Positions 15,280-27,113 of a stretch of DNA of 64,000 nt are shown here, one piece after another. Under the pieces are notes generated by a model. The model was not told where the DNA came from and made no database searches. It saw only the letters and a program-made list of their open reading frames with translations. The stretch comes from Octopus sinensis (taxonomy: Eukaryota): positions 95,976,001 through 96,040,000 of the forward strand of contig NC_043000.1 in NCBI RefSeq assembly GCF_006345805.1, read 5' to 3'. Each line of letters opens with the position of its first letter. Within the stretch, counting starts at the first letter, position 1. Both the position numbers and the translations under genes were made by a program.

Positions 15280-15505
15280 TTAATGCTTTAGCATTCAGAT
15301 TACTTTGTCAAATGGAATGCTTCTTTATTCACATTGTTTTGAATTAATCATGCTTTAACTTGAAGCTTTGAGATTTGATGATGATTGTTCATTTTGAAAA
15401 TGACATTGTAAGGTAAGTGTAAAAGACCTGATTTGGCTAGGGTGAACATTAAACAGGTAGAATATTTGGGCCTGATATGGACAGTTTAAATGCTAAAAGG
15501 GTTAA
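15280..15505 (+). mobile_element. TTAA-flanked MITE, about 225 bp (tttagcatt...aatgctaaaagggttaa family)
   Basis: Short TIRs; homologous copies at 44701-44913 and 45917-46119. Confidence 0.8.
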
Positions 15506-16479
15506 CAAATTGGTTCACATCAGCAGAGAACAAGAAATTTGTTAAATATGGTACAGTCAATCATATCAACTTGAGTGTCTTACTGGTGTTTTATTGAACA
15601 CCAAAGTGAATTTGAACCCAGAAGACAGAAAGAGAGAGAGAGAAAAATAAAAACAAAAGCACATACATTTAAACATTTGGTGTGATGCTTCACTTTACTC
15701 TTAATGAATAGTAACTTATTTTTCAGAAGGGCAGAAAGAATAACAATAACTAGGTAATTCAATGGATAATCCACAGTTTAATTAGAAACACCCACCAAGT
15801 ATTAAATTGTGATGTGTCTGTATGTGCATGTATACATGCCAATAACATTCGTATGTGTGTGAGTGTATGTATGGGCCAGTAGCATTCATCTGAATTTCTC
15901 CCCCCCCTTGCACACATGCTTTGACCATCCTTTTCCATAGCATGACAGATTTTTTACATCACAGGAATCTGTTGTTAATACTTTAATATAACAGACAGTA
16001 ATAACAACAACAATAAAAGTAACAGTCTTTTGGTTAAAAGGGAGTAATAACAATAATTGTTTCTAATTTAAACATAGGGCCAGCAATTTTTAAGGAAGGG
16101 AATTAGTCAAAAATCTCTGAACCCAGATCTTGACCTATACTTTATTTTAATCCCAGAGAGAGGAAAGGCAAGGTTAACCCTGGATGACTTGAATTCAGAA
16201 CATAACAAGCCTGAACCAATGCCAGAAGGCATTTTATCCCTAATACTATACTCCACTACACTTGGAAGTGGTGGTAGTAGTAGTAGTTTTAAATTTTGGC
16301 ACAAGGCCAGCAATTTTGGGGGTGGGAGTAAGCCAGTTACATCAACTCCAGTGTCCAACTGGTACTTATTTTAAAGACCCAAAAGAATGAAAGACAGAGT
16401 TCAAATTCAGAACATAAAGCAGAAAAAAATGCTGCTGAGCATTTTGTTTAATGTGCCAAAGATTCTGCTGGATTGTCGC

Positions 16480-16527
<48 letters not shown>
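16480..16527. repeat. (AAT)n microsatellite
   Basis: Direct reading. Confidence 0.95.
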
Positions 16528-16529
<2 letters not shown>

Positions 16530-16689
16530 GAATTTTTTTCTAACAAAGACACAAATCTAGAAATTTGGGAAAGAAGGGTTTTTTTAAAATTATTAAATCA
16601 ATCCCATTACTCAACTGGTACTTAACCACAGAAAGAGGAAAGCAAAATCAACCCCTGGTGGAATTTAACGTAAAAATGTGAATAGCTGT

Positions 16690-17010
16690 AAGAAATACTG
16701 CAAGGCATTTTGTCCAATGCTTTAACAACAATAAATAGTTTGAGCAACAGTAAAGCACAGTAACAGTACTAAGGTGCCAGATGCTGTAAAAAGCGAACTC
16801 CTGTTAACTCAAACAAAGCATGAAGTTTGCACCCCCTCCCACTTTAGCATTTAAACTTAGAAGGCGAAGAGCTGAAAAAAATACTGCAAGGCATTCTGTC
16901 CAACGCTCCAACGATTCTGCCAATCTGAGCAACATTAGAGCATAGCAGCAGTACTAAGCTGCCAGACATTGTTAGAACAGACTCCTATTAGCTCAAACAA
17001 AGCATGACGT
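16690..17010. repeat. Degenerate tandem duplication, period about 185 bp
   Basis: tactgcaaggcatt at 16696 and 16882; ctcaaacaaagcatga at both ends. Confidence 0.8.
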
Positions 17011-17817
17011 CCACGACTGATAATTTGGTAAGCAGCATTTTCAGATAAAAACCTATCTATCTGAACACCAATCGGGTGCTAAAGCCAACTACTAACTTGA
17101 CTTCATAGTTGATAAGTGAAAGGGTAAATTTAGCTCGTACATAACCATGGAACTAATCGTCTTGCACTGTATCACCTACTTAAGTTTCTGTATAATTTCA
17201 TTTCTCCTTATCGCTATTATAGCAGCAGCAAGACAAAGTACAGTTCAATGAGAGTATTAATTTTAATAAAGATTCTGTTTTACCCTTGCAAAGACCTTGT
17301 TCTAACAGCAGCAAAAAAGACACAAACAAAAATGCAGGGAGAGGGAGAATACAGAAAAAAATTTTGTCAACTGAATAAATTCTTCTTTATTTGAATTATT
17401 CATTCAGTTTGTTTATTGAGTCGTTAAGTTCTTAACTAGCTTAGTCAATCTGCTATCATCTACTGCCAACCTAAAGAGCTGTCCCCACCCTCTCTCACAG
17501 CTACTCAACACAATAAATGGGCTTACAATTTAACATTATTAGTACACAATAGGAGAAAGAGAGAGAGTGAGATAGAACATGTTTGAGTGTGTGTGTGTGT
17601 GTGTGTGTGTGTGCATATGATCAAATGACAGAGAAAGGGAAATGAACAGAAAATATGACCAAATAAATATATTACATATTTTCAAATACATGTAGACAGA
17701 CATTTATTTGTATATCAATAATTGGTTCTAAATAAAATTAAAAAAGGACATTATACACACACACACACGCACACATTCTCTCTCTCACCCACTTTCTCTT
17801 ACAATAAAATTACGTGC

Positions 17818-17900
17818 TTTTGTAGCGCAGTTTGCCATTCTCCTTTTCGGTCCGAAACTGGGAATCTTTCTATGGTCAGTCTAGTCTTCATACGCCATTC
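17818..17900 (-). CDS. RANBP9: RanBP9/10 exon (EWRMKTRLTIERFPVSDRKGEWQTALQ-K), 83 nt, with a predicted GC donor
   Basis: Acceptor ttatttcactag. The peptide matches the SPRY-LisH linker. The frame of the next exon requires the 3' boundary AA|gcacgt. Confidence 0.9.
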
Positions 17901-18619
17901 CTAGTGAAATAAGAGGGGAAACCGTTAATACTGGTAAATGTAATCCAGTCAAGATGAAAGAAAAAAAAAAAAAATCACACACAACAGGAAATTTTATTTC
18001 TAATCTCCAAGAGTTCAAATTACTATCACTATTATCATTAGACAATTTCATTTTTATGCTATAGCAGAAGACAAACATTTTTTTTCTACACTGCACTGCC
18101 AAAACCAAAAGAGAGTGAAGCATGTAAAATTGTTCCAAGTGACTTAGTATTTGAGAAGTAAAGAAAATCTTTCTACAAGCAGGAAGTGACTAATAGAGCC
18201 ACATTTAAAACTGACAAAAGATCGCTTATTAATTGATGAATACTCCTAAATATAAATGTATTATTGCTTTGAATAGTAGCCGTGTGTGTGTGTGTGCACA
18301 TGCGTGTTTAGAATTGAATTACAAATGAGAAGAAAAAAGTACTCATTACATGAATTAGAGTATATATTATATGATTTAAAGCTGAAACCTCAAACTGTCA
18401 AAACTTAGTTTCACATTCCCAATCACCAAACAATCTAACCACTTATACATGCTACAATTAGCAAGTAATAATTTGAAATATTTCACACAATCTTTTGGTA
18501 GATGGAAACATTATTAGAGAATAAATCTATTTCATTTGAGATTATTTGTTATGACCTAGTCTGAAGGAGGGGCAACATCCCTATACATATAGCATGGCAA
18601 GACCTGTGAGACTGCTAAG

Positions 18620-18900
18620 ATCAATGCTCTTTCTGTTCAACTTGAACATTTGTGAAGTGGACATTTGCAGGAAAAAACATGGTGGGAAGAGAACACCAGA
18701 AATTTGATACTCTGGAGGTAAAAGATTGGACAGAGTGGTTAGCATAAGACATAAGGTGAGTGTTAGATATAATAGAATTGATTAAAGGAGAGACAAATGT
18801 ATAGGCTGTGTTGGATGGACAGCAAGATAGTTTAGAGAAGCATAGGTCATTGCAACAACAATAAAATAAAGCAGAGAGAAGAAATACTACAAACTAAGGA
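18620..18900 (-). mobile_element. CR1-like LINE 3' fragment, more decayed
   Basis: Reverse strand LFYCCCNDLCFSKLS and SFTSRVSNFWCSLPTMFFPA. Confidence 0.55.
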
Positions 18901-18971
18901 CTCGATTGGTGAGCAAGTCTTCATGAATCAATTGGATGGCCATCATTTTGATGTTGCTTTGGATGTTTGTG

Positions 18972-18974
<3 letters not shown>

Positions 18975-19029
<55 letters not shown>

Positions 19030-19048
19030 ATATATTATATATATATAT
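18975..19048. repeat. (TA)n microsatellite; similar tracts at about 4644-4682, 4955-4990, 23472-23548 and 50938-50972
   Basis: Direct reading. Confidence 0.95.
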
Positions 19049-20226
19049 AGCAGCAACACCATTCTAGATGTGGGAGAAGAATGCCATTTTAGGTTGTAGT
19101 TGAGCTTTGTAGAAAGTCAGAAACTGAAGTATTTTGGGCCCTGAAGAGGAGAGCCAGTCTTTGGACCGCAGTTTAAGCTACATTTTGTGTATGTAGTATT
19201 GCCATGGAAGATCATCAACAAAGACACAGAGCTTACATCGGAAAATTTTAGCTGCAGATTTTCTAAGACTAAAGAAGGTAAAGTACAAATGGTTATCTTA
19301 ATATGAGCAGTGATTGTCATTGTGCTATTGAAAGTGACTTAAGATTGCTATGTTGCCCACTGAAGGATCTTTTCTCTGTTCATCAAGACAGTGCAGGTTT
19401 TATGCGAGATGTTTAGGGTAAATGTGGACAACAGCTGTGTGGGAAGTCACAGAACAGTAAAGAACATCATCAGCAAGGGAGTGAGTAATGTTAGAAATGA
19501 CAGAAAGTAGGTCTCTAAGTACAAGAGGAAATGTCTGGGGTTGGTTATGGCAAGAACACTTGATCATTGATTGTACAATTATTAAAAAGAGTATACTTAG
19601 ATTTCATATCATCAAATAATGTTGTGTCGTGATTATGCCTGAATAAAAAAAATATAGGATGGTCAAAGCTGGAACGCCTTTGATCATTGGCCTGCTCAAA
19701 CAAAGATGACCCAGGTCTAAAGAATGGCAACAACAACATCATGGTTACATGAGTATTGGAAAGCAATTTCCATGTTGTTTGTCAATACAGAACATCTGAA
19801 AACATACTATTCTTTGATTAGGCTCAGAGCCAATTTTTATATGGGAGGGCAATCACATTAATCAAATATATTGATGAATAAAGAGATTGGTTCAACTGAC
19901 TCCTGGCTTATTAATGCTACTTATTTTATTGGCCCCAGAAAGATGAAAAGCAAAGTAAATGTGGGAAGGATTTGAAGCTAGAATGCAAAGTACTTTACAA
20001 AAGAGATTTACATTAGATGTCTCTACTTTCTTTACCATTATATTAGTTTCAGTTAACAAGAAAATCAAAAGATAAAGAAAACATAGAAATTAAGAATAGA
20101 AAAGAGACAACATAATTGGAATGGAGTCAATATGTAAGAAGAATGGCTGGGTTGGGCAATCACAAAAAATGAAAAAAGAAATATTGTAAAATGAAGAAAG
20201 TAATTACAATTAGCAAATGTCCTTAC

Positions 20227-20328
20227 CCACATGTAGTCTTCAATATCAAATACAAATGGAGACTGTCCAAAATTTGCCTCAACCACTTCTCCAGGAGTCT
20301 GAAGTCCAACAGTGGGATACAAGTTTTG
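20227..20328 (-). CDS. RANBP9: RanBP9/10 exon, SPRY C-terminus ([34 protein letters not shown]), 102 nt
   Basis: Acceptor tttcttgtttag, donor TGG|gtaagg; conserved [12 protein letters not shown] motif. Confidence 0.96.
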
Positions 20329-20601
20329 CTAAACAAGAAAATACAAAGAAAGTGAAATTATGTATGTATATATGCAGTACAAGTGAGGATATATAAGCCT
20401 CAGAGGGATAGGAATATTGAAGATTAGACTGGTTGAATACTTTATAATATAGGCACACACATATATATTATTATTATTATAAAAATTAAATTTGATTGAT
20501 TTTATACTATAAGCGATGAATTAAAACAATTGTAGGTCTTGTCAATGTATAAATAATTTTTTATTAATCTTATCTCCATCTTCTCTCTAGGATTTTGTAT
20601 G

Positions 20602-20633
<32 letters not shown>

Positions 20634-20644
20634 ATATATATGTA

Positions 20645-20985
20645 TGTAGGAAACCCCCTTCGGTCACGAATGACCATGGGATTGCACCTAGAAAGTTACC
20701 CTCCGAGGCACAAGTCTGGGCAAGGTTGTTTATGGAAGACCAGAAGTCACCCATGCATACCAGCCTCCCCTCTCCATGCTACCGATGTTATCCAAGGGAA
20801 AGGCAAAGCCCAATACAGTTTGGCACCTGTGACACTGGAACTCATTTCTACAGCTGAGTGAACTGGAGCAACGTGAAATAAAGTGTCTTGCTCAAGAACG
20901 CAACACGCAGCCTGGTCCAGGATTCGAGCTCACAACCTAACAGTCGTAAGTTCGGCTGTATAACCACTGAGCCATGCGCCTTCAC
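20645..20985 (-). mobile_element. tRNA-derived SINE (family E); related copies at about 3420-3790, 21930-22320 and 54290-54495, all on the minus strand
   Basis: The reverse strand starts gtgaaggcgcaTGGCTCAGTGG (A box) ... GAGCTCGAATCC (B box), followed by a conserved central domain. Confidence 0.8.
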
Positions 20986-20999
20986 ACACACACACAAAA

Positions 21000-21455
21000 T
21001 CAATCTTTGAATGTTGGGCCTGACAGAAGCAAACTGACTGAGTTCCTTTCAAGCATTGGGTCTCATGGAGGCAAGGTGGTTGAGTTCCTTTTGAACAGGC
21101 CACATGGAGGTGAGGTACCTGACTTCTTTTCGAGTGTTGGGCCTCATGATGGCAAAGTGGCTGGGCTCCTTTCGAGTGTTGGGCCTCATGGAGACAATAA
21201 CCAAGACCTTTGATATTATGTTGTGCTTCAGAGAACCCATCAAGCCGAGAAAAACTGCAGTCATAGCAGATACCAAAGTCATGCAAATGGCACGTGAAAG
21301 CTCCAATTACACTCTCGGAGTGGTTGGTGTTAGGAAGGATATCCAGCTGTAGAAAACTATGCTAAATCAGACTGGATCCTGGTGTAGCCTTCCAGCGTGC
21401 CAGCCCAGTCAAACTGTCCAACTCATGCCAGCATGGACAATGGATGGATGATGAT
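21000..21455 (+). mobile_element. RTE-type 3' UTR variant with an approximately 42-bp minisatellite
   Basis: About five degenerate units of gagttcctttcgagtgttgggcctcatggaggcaaagtggct, then the shared box ggtgttaggaaggatatccagctgtagaaa and a gat tail. Confidence 0.7.
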
Positions 21456-23464
21456 ATATATATACATATATATACACACACTTATATGAGTGTATTCATG
21501 TCTATTTATGTGATTGTTTACACCCTGCAACAAGCAGTGACTACGTATTGTCATTTCCCCTATCAGCAGATCATCAGCTGGCTTTGTGCCTTCAAAGATG
21601 TGGAATAAGATACTTTTCACTTGAAAAAAACAGTAATGATATCTGGCTGTAGAACAATATCTTAAGAATATATCTATCTAACCCCTCATAGCTTTGTATT
21701 AAAAAAAGGGACATAAGAACAAACAGAATTATTACTTCTTGGAACCACCTTCAGATTCAATGATAAGCATTCTATTGTTCAACCAATTACACATCTGAGT
21801 GATTAGTGTTAGGAAGGGCATCCAGCTGAAAAAACCCTGCCAAAACAGACACAGTAGTCTGTAGCAGTTTTTCTACCTGGCCAGCAATGATGATGATGAT
21901 GGTCGAGTATTCCAGACATGAATACACTTAACATAATTCTTAAGCTGAATCAGCATGGCGCAATATGTGACACATTCGAACCTTTGAGTTACTGGTAACA
22001 ACAGCCCTCCATTGGTTATGATAATGAAGGTTCCAGTTGATCCGATTAATGGATCAGCCTGCTCATGGAATTAACGTGCAAGTGGTTGAGCACTCCACAG
22101 ACATGGATGCCCTTTTTGTATTTCTTAGGAATATTCAGCATGACATAGAATGTGACAAGATTAGCCCTTTGAAATACAAGCAGTACTCAATTGTGCCAAC
22201 AGAGTGAACTGGAGCAACATGAAACGTCTTGCTGAAGAACACAATGCACCACCAGGTATCAAGCTCACGGCCTTAAGATCATGAGCTGAGTGCCCTGACC
22301 ACTTAGCCACACACCTTCATTGGTGCAATTTATCTGAAAGGCTTCCAGTTTCTGCCGACTCAATTTCACTCAGGAGGCCCAGTCGATATGTGGTAAAGAT
22401 GCAAGCCTAAAACACCCCATAATGGAACTGACCCAAGGAATCATGATCAAGAAGAACTTCTTGAACACCAAGCCATCCATAGAATTATTACTTATGATTA
22501 GAGCTATTGAGTTACCATTGATTCCTTGGATTCAATTGTTCCCCTATTTCTGAACTTTTTAGAACCATCCACCAAAGCTAGCATGGTCAAATATGGATAG
22601 AAAATATCTTTAAAAAGAGAAAGAGGAACATGTTTCTTCACGATAATTTTGATAATTTAAATTGCTAGAGAAAAGATGTGATCAAAATCAAAAACTAATA
22701 AAAAATAATAAAAATAGATATAGGCATGTGTGCTTTACAACCACATGATTTGGGGGCAGTTCCACTAAGTGGCACCTTAGTCAGGTGTCTTCTATAATAG
22801 CCCCAAGGCAGCTGATGCTTTGGGAGAGAATTTGATAGATTGAAACAGTGTGGTGGGGACTTGTTTTACAGCCACATGGTTTTGGATACAGTCCAACTGC
22901 ACAGCATCTTGGGCAAGTGTCTTCTACTATAACCCCAAGCTGAACAATGCCTTGTGAGTTAGTTCAGAAATGTGTGAAAACCTGTTGTGTGTGTGTATAT
23001 TTCTGTCTGTTTACCCCCCACACACACACACACACACACATGCACTTATTGCTCAACAATCAATGTTCTTTTATAACTTGCCTGAACACCCTGTGCACCC
23101 ATTGACAAAACTCAGAATAGCAAGAAACTGACTCAACCAAAATTTTAAAAATGCTATTAATCTCTACTATGGTACTGAGTACTCTTTCTTTTGACAGCCA
23201 ACACTAAACAGATAGAAGCCACCCAGATATTGCTGGCTAGAAGAGCATTCCACATGTATGGAGACTATTTGGTCAAAATGTTGGAGAAACATCCAAATAA
23301 GGACTCTTTGAAACATATATGTATGTGTGTATATAAGTGGTAGGGAAGGAACATACATGTGTGTACATTAAAAACTCAATTCTATTGGGAGATACTTCAT
23401 GTTTTATAACAAATCTTATTTCCTTTCTTTTTCTGTATTTTATTTATTTGTGATATAACAAGTG

Positions 23465-23547
<83 letters not shown>

Positions 23548-24701
23548 TTGTGGGTTTTCTTGACAGTGGGGAGATATTGAAATATGAACTTAACTTGCCT
23601 TACAACTTTCTCGAACAAAAAATTAGGTCATATAAAGAAGGAAATAAAATACATAATGACAAAATAAAACAGAAACATTTAACAAATATATAAATAAAAT
23701 AGAAACAATGACCTCTAAGATAAAGACTTAAATCCACATTAAAAGAATGGTGGTGGTGGTGGTGGTGGGTGTCAGCAGTGATTGCCAAATGAAGGAAGTG
23801 TTGTTAAAATTTGATATTTATTTCAATAGAATCTAGGCTTTAACAGTAGTTATATAACTGTTTGGTTGGTAGAGATAGTGTTGGCATCTCTCATTTGTCG
23901 ACTTTGTATTCTGGCAGTGAGTGAGAAAGAAAAAAAAATACTTATTTTCTTTCTTTTACTCTATAAAGCTTAACTGCTGTTGAAAGGTTGTAGGTGGGAA
24001 CTAACAACCACTATTACTTGGAAGGTGGCACAAGCAGAAGCAAAGATTGGGTTTTGGTGTCATTTCAGTGTTAATACTATAGCAACTGCTGATGTATATA
24101 TATTTTCCACAAGTTTGTGGTTGTTGTTTTAAAGAAATCCTGTTCATTCCTGAAATATCATTTGGTTAATGAATCACACATAAGATTCATTAACAGAAAA
24201 CATGGTTAAGGAGATCGTTTTGGTTTGCTCTTGTTTATGTCCCTGCAACTTAGCTGTTTGGCAAAAAGAAACCAATATAATAAGTACCAGATTTTAAAAA
24301 ATATGTATTGGGGTTGGTTTGTTCAACAAAGCCCTTAAAGGCACTACCCCAGTATGGCCTCAGTCTAATGACTGAAACAAATGACACAAACACACACATG
24401 CAGGTGTGTGTGTGTGTGCATGCGTGCGTGTGTACCTTCTTGTCATGACAAAACATTATAGCAGTAAACTAGTGTGACGGTCATACAAATGATGTCATTT
24501 GTTTCCAATCTTCCATGAAAACTTGTGCAACCATGGGGAAACTTTTTTTTTTTTACCTCACTTGGAAACAAGTGAGGGTTGGTAACCATGTGGTACCTTC
24601 TGCAAATGTTTTCTACTATAATCTCAGTCGATCAAAGCCTTGCGAGTGGATTTCACAGATAGAAACTGGAAGAAGTCCATTGTGTGTGCGCATGTGTATA
24701 G

Positions 24702-24734
<33 letters not shown>

Positions 24735-24814
24735 AGCTTAAAAGCCACATTCCATGTGGACTTTTAAGCAAGCTCCTGTGAAGGGCTAATTGGGTATCAT
24801 CATCATCCTCATCA

Positions 24815-25500
24815 TCATCGTTTAACGTCCGTTGTCCATGCTAGCATGGGTTGGATGGTTCGACCGGGGATCTGGGAAGCCAGAAGGCTGCACCAGGCTC
24901 CAGTCTTATCTGGCAGTGTTTCTACAGCTGGATGCCCTTCCTAACACCAACCACTCCGTGAGTGTAGTGGGTGCTTTTTACGTGCCACCTGCACAGGTGC
25001 CAGGCGAGGCTGGCAACGGCCACGGTCGGATTGGTGTATTTTATGTGCCACCGGCACGGAAGCCAGACGAGGCGGAGCTGGCATCGGCCACGAGTCGGAT
25101 AGTGCTTTTTACGCCACGAGTCGGATAGTGCTTTTTACGTACCACCAGACCAGGGATCCTGGCTGGTTCAATTCGATTTCGATTTCGCTTGCCCCAACAT
25201 GTCTTCACAAGCAAGGGGGTTGGCATGGGTGCCTGTCGTACGGTCAGATTGGTGTATTTTACGTGCCACCAGCACGGAAGCCAGTGGAGGCGGCGCTGGC
25301 ATCGGCCACGAGTCGGATAGTGCTTTTTACGTAACACCAGACCAGGGATCCTGGCTGGTTCAATTCGATTTCGCTTGCCCCAACATGTCTTCGCAAGCAA
25401 GGGGGTTGGCATGGGTGCCTGTCGTACGGTCAGATTGGTGTATTTTACGTGCCACCGGCCCGGAAGCCAGTGGAGGCGGCGCTGGCATAGTGGCCCATAA
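24815..25500 (-). mobile_element. RTE 3' UTR copy with a higher-order tandem array
   Basis: 24815-25000 is near-identical to 47090-47270. The 25130-25500 part is a duplicated 186-192 bp block. Confidence 0.88.
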
Positions 25501-26159
25501 ATGAAGAGAGCTAAACTGCATGATTATAATACATCTATAATGACTATATGCCCTCGTGGTATCTGATCAGGGGTTAAGGACGGATGAAAATTAATTCTGA
25601 AATATAATCAATCATTTCAGTCCCAAGTTGAATTCCAGCTGTTGGCCAACTTGTCCCAAAGTTCTTAATCTCAACTAAAATTAACGAAGGGAATGTCATT
25701 TATCTCCCCCCTTGATCTCTGACATCATGTGACAAACACCAACCTAGACTGTGTGAATCAGCCAAGCTTTACCTGCTAAAAATTGCAACCCAAATGCTTT
25801 TAAGTCAGATCCCAGTGCTGGATGTTCAAGAACTAAATGAAAGGCAGATTTTCAATCCTGGGATCATCCTGATTCCAAATAGGTATAATATGTCTATGTA
25901 GAGTGAATATAGACTGAGGTATAGGGGTCCTAAATGGACAGAATTTTGCATTTATTATATAGCTATGTGTGGGTGTCTTTGTGTCTGTGTTTCTCCCATA
26001 CCACTGCTTGACAACCAGTGTTGATGTGTTTATGTCTCTGTAACTTAGAAGTTCAGCAAAATAGAACAACAGAATAAGCACCAGTCTTTAAAAAAAAAAA
26101 GTACAGGAGTTGATTCATACTACTAAAAATTTTTCAAGGTGGCACAATTTAATGACTGA

Positions 26160-26743
26160 AACCCTTAACCCTGACACATTCTTTCCTTCCCTTCTCTCCA
26201 TTTTTTTCCTCTGATCCCTTTCTGTTGAAGACCATAGGCTCAAAACATCAAAGACTTTTCCATTCTTCCCGAGCATCAAGCTAATTACACATGCTTGTTC
26301 CCACACCTGTCTTTCTCTTTTGTTTTCTATACATTTGAACCATATATATAAAAAAAACTTGCTACTCTAGCCATCTCTCTTTTCTTAGCCATTGTCTCTG
26401 TTATCACATCACACCCAATAGCTTCCTCTTGAAGTTCCACGCCACCCCTATTCCTCCCCCCTCATCGAGCCCACCCTCGCCTGCACTTCCCGCCTCCTCA
26501 TCCGTGCCACCATCTGTTCCTTCCTTCACTCTCTTGACCACATTCAATATGTGACCGCATGTGTATCGTTGTCGGTTTTTATCTTCAGTCTTCCCTTCCT
26601 TGGATCTTTCCTTTTTCTCTGTTTCTGACGAAGAGCTCCGCTCGAAACGTTAAATCCTCCTTCTTTCTTTCTTTTCCTGAGCATCCAATAACACTATACT
26701 TGTTCCACATCCTCGCATTGTTGTGTTTTCTCTTTGGATTAAC

Positions 26744-26765
<22 letters not shown>
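26160..26765 (+). mobile_element. Two tandem related repeats carrying Penelope-type hammerhead-like motifs, each ending in (TA)n
   Basis: ctgttgaagaccataggctcaaaac (from 26222) and ctgacgaagagctccgctcgaaacgtt (from 26625); homologous downstream ttcc.gagcatc...cttgttcc...gttttct. Confidence 0.6.
26621..26655 (+). ncRNA. Candidate minimal type-I hammerhead ribozyme motif
   Basis: CUGACGA core, stem II GAGC/GCUC, GAAA, palindromic ACGU, GUU cleavage triplet and a short stem I GUUU/AAAU. Confidence 0.5.
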
Positions 26766-26774
<9 letters not shown>

Positions 26775-27077
26775 TGGTGCCATGTAAAAAGCACCCAGTA
26801 CATTCTCTAAGGTGTCTGGCATTAGGAAGGGTATCTAGCTGTAGAAACCATGCCAATACAGACAATTGGAGCCAGATGTAGTTCCCTGGCTTGCCAGCTC
26901 CTGTCAAACCATCTAACCTATGCCAACATGGAAAACAGGCATATGATGATCATGATGACAATGATAAACTGCTAATTTCTTACATATTTAACTATTTACA
27001 TGTTAAATAACAATTAGAATTAGTTTCCATTGGGTACACTAATACTTCTGTTAATAATTACTCTAATATGCAGTTGT

Positions 27078-27113
<36 letters not shown>
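27078..27113. repeat. (TAG)n microsatellite
   Basis: Direct reading. Confidence 0.95.

Noticed and set aside
20900-20985. tRNA gene candidates at SINE heads (also 56226-56310 and family A heads)
   Set aside because: They have A/B boxes only, no complete cloverleaf, and run straight into SINE bodies.
24965-25500. CRISPR-like repeat-spacer appearance (also at 47240-47560)
   Set aside because: The spacers are duplicated or homologous, lengths vary widely, there are no cas genes, the context is a eukaryotic intron, and the array sits within a LINE 3' UTR.
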